Translations under genes and position numbers: made by a program
Shown here: positions 62,080-64,000 of the stretch, piece by piece
How the letters are laid out: each line of letters opens with the position of its first letter
How positions within the stretch are numbered: the first letter of the stretch is position 1
Notes under the pieces: model-generated
What the model saw: only the letters and a program-made list of their open reading frames with translations
Databases searched by the model: none
What the model was told of the DNA's origin: nothing
Source: an uncultured bacterium
GTDB taxonomy: Bacteria > Zixibacteria > MSB-5A5 > UBA10806
Assembly (NCBI GenBank): GCA_965541585.1
Contig: CBEUCH010000013.1
Span: 32,001-96,000 of the forward strand
Reading direction: 5' to 3'
Length of the DNA: 64,000 nt

Positions 62080-63228
62080 TTACGGCTCCGGTGGACAATC
62101 CGCACAGCCTGTGAGCGGTTCGGGGCCTCTGTAGGCCGCTATCGACTTGACGACGTCGGTAAGCTCAAAGCTCACGCAGTTGCCGTCCACATCGGCCGAA
62201 GGCTTATACTCGGGACGCTGCTCCGTGCAAAGGCAGACATAACCGGGTTGATCAAAGCCCCTGTAGTAGGCGATCATCTTGACAACGTCCGTAAGTTCAC
62301 GAGCGGTGCCGTTTTCGTCGCTGTCACCGGCGATATAAGAACAGGGACCGGCGGGGAGGTTGACGGTTACGATGCCCTGCATCGAGAGGGGGTGGTAGGA
62401 GCATTCATAATCGTATACACCATCGGTATCGAATGTAAAATCGAAGAAGTCGCTGAGACCCATGTCTCCCGAATCCCAGCCGCCTCCCAAGGCAGTGGTG
62501 GTATGGATCATAGTAACCGTGTTGACCCACCTGACTGTCTGACCGACATCGATCTGGATTTCCGCGGGCTCGAAGAAGAAATTTCCCAATTCAACTATGA
62601 CATCGGCGGGATCGCCAACAATTACGGTACCTCGCATGGTGACGGGATGATAGGTACAATCGTAATCATAAACACCCTCGGTGTCGAAAGTAAAATCGAA
62701 GAAGTCGTCGAGACCCATATCGCCGGAGTCCCATTCGCCTCCCGAGGCGGTTGTGGTATGGATCATGGTAACCGTGTTAACCCACCTGACCGTCTGTCCT
62801 ACATTGATCTCTGTTAACAACGGATTGAAAAAGAAATTCCCCATATCGACCTGAACATCGAAGGTGGGCAGCAGATTTATGGTGAAATCACCGGACTGGT
62901 CTTCATAATCGACCCCCGTATTGTCCATATAGATCCTGATGCGGCCCTGGGCCGTCTCGACCCCGGGAACCGTCCAGAGATAATTCAACTGGGCCGGGGG
63001 CAGATTCATTTCGATAACCTCCCAATTGGAGCCGCCATCCTGGGAAAAATACAGATCCCAATTCTGGAGGTCGTGCGGGATGACAATGTGCCACTGTATA
63101 TCGACAACCTCGCCCTCTGTAAAGGTCTCACCTCCGAGCGGGGAGTCCAGTGCAACATGTGCTCCGGCAGAAGAACCGAGAGCGAGTGCGACAAAAAACA
63201 TCAGGACTGCAACCTTTGCACTTTTCAT
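62080..63228 (-). CDS. Secreted protein: N-terminal His1 Ig-like domain, two type-1 copper cupredoxin domains, C-terminal dockerin
   Basis: Signal peptide ending AGA/H (start 63228 after AAAGGA). Two WVN...HTTT...Y.C.YHP..M.G domains. Dockerin nearly identical to that of the 46457 gene. Confidence 0.85.
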   Translation of the reverse strand: MKSAKVAVLMFFVALALGSSAGAHVALDSPLGGETFTEGEVVDIQWHIVIPHDLQNWDLYFSQDGGSNWEVIEMNLPPAQLNYLWTVPGVETAQGRIRIYMDNTGVDYEDQSGDFTINLLPTFDVQVDMGNFFFNPLLTEINVGQTVRWVNTVTMIHTTTASGGEWDSGDMGLDDFFDFTFDTEGVYDYDCTYHPVTMRGTVIVGDPADVIVELGNFFFEPAEIQIDVGQTVRWVNTVTMIHTTTALGGGWDSGDMGLSDFFDFTFDTDGVYDYECSYHPLSMQGIVTVNLPAGPCSYIAGDSDENGTARELTDVVKMIAYYRGFDQPGYVCLCTEQRPEYKPSADVDGNCVSFELTDVVKSIAAYRGPEPLTGCADCPPEP

Positions 63229-63526
63229 AAGATGTCCTTTCATAGTCTTTATTTTGATTCAACAAGCTTGCATCGAATTTAGTCGTCTTTCAGAAGATCT
63301 AACGCCTTTTCCCGCAGAAACCGGGGAGGCTGACTTTGGTGCGCAGAAGGATAAACCGTCCATATACAGTAATAAAACCGATTAGCAGCGTCAGTTGTTT
63401 CCGCTAATTTTCAGATTGCGTATGAACCCGCCTGTCAGGGTAGGATTGGCCCTGCGATGCGTAAATTATGTATGCTGGTTGTGCAAAATATAGGGTGGTC
63501 TATATAAAATAGTGACTCAGGTAATC

Positions 63527-64000
63527 TTAGGTATTGCCTCGATTGAACAGAAACATAGCGATGCCTGCAGCCACCGCGGCGTTCAGCGATTCCACCTCTT
63601 TTGATATGGGTATTCTGACCTTGTAATGCGATGCTTTCAGAAACTGATCGCTCACTCCGGCAATCTCCGCTCCCACAATCAAAGCAGCCTTGCGGTTTAT
63701 TCGAATCGAGTGCAGATCTGAATCTCCACCGGCAGACAATGCGTGGATGGCGTAATCTCGACGAAGCCTACCTAAGATGTTTCTTATACTTATGCGCTGG
63801 GCGATGTCGATTGTGAACATGGCGCCCTGGGTTGCACGCACAACCTTGGGATTGAATATATCCACCGATCCGGCGGTAGTAATGAATGTGCCGAAACCGA
63901 AGGCCGCGGCCGTTCTGATTATGGTTCCCATATTGGCGGGGTCCTTCAGACCGTCGGCGATAAGAATTCTATCGTGCAACGAAATACTCTTCAGGTCGTT
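63527..64000 (-). CDS. TrmH/SpoU-family RNA methyltransferase, 5' end outside the window
   Basis: DPANMGTIIRTAAAFG, KVVRATQGA, GAEIAGVS, VESLNAAVAAGI. Confidence 0.9.
   Translation of the reverse strand, partial: NDLKSISLHDRILIADGLKDPANMGTIIRTAAAFGFGTFITTAGSVDIFNPKVVRATQGAMFTIDIAQRISIRNILGRLRRDYAIHALSAGGDSDLHSIRINRKAALIVGAEIAGVSDQFLKASHYKVRIPISKEVESLNAAVAAGIAMFLFNRGNT

Noticed and set aside
50335..62345. Diversity-generating retroelement TR/VR pair
   Set aside because: No reverse transcriptase in the window. Differences are not adenine-specific and both copies are coding.

Overview
Bacterial chromosomal window. The T9SS-type C-terminal sorting domains plus many dockerins suggest an FCB-group organism, possibly Zixibacteria-like (inference). 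Left part: housekeeping and signalling genes (bactofilin-like membrane protein, cstA, GAF histidine kinase, Ser/Thr kinase-TPR protein), then an unannotated 25-codon peptide gene (MVDFILEVEELEERIAPGGYTGAGS) with its own promoter, RBS and terminator. Centre (11.7-43.7 kb): a co-oriented seven-gene cluster of secreted proteins built from cohesin-like, dockerin, cadherin-like Ig and T9SS-type CTD modules. It includes a 7.58-kaa protein with 78 Ig repeats and a C-terminal dockerin, and looks like a non-cellulolytic cohesin-dockerin surface assembly. Two more dockerin-tagged proteins lie outside the cluster: a Cys-rich 1406-aa protein and a His-brace-like/tandem-cupredoxin protein. Right part: a matrixin with IPTL-CTERM, a GH35/42-like protein with altered catalytic motifs, a thyX-nrdJ operon with NrdR boxes that runs into a ThsB-like TIR + membrane protein pair (candidate defence system), an M28 peptidase with a propeller insert, an Fe-ADH and a partial TrmH methyltransferase. 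No rRNA, tRNA, CRISPR array or transposase was recognised. All domain calls are by eye from motifs; no database searches were run.
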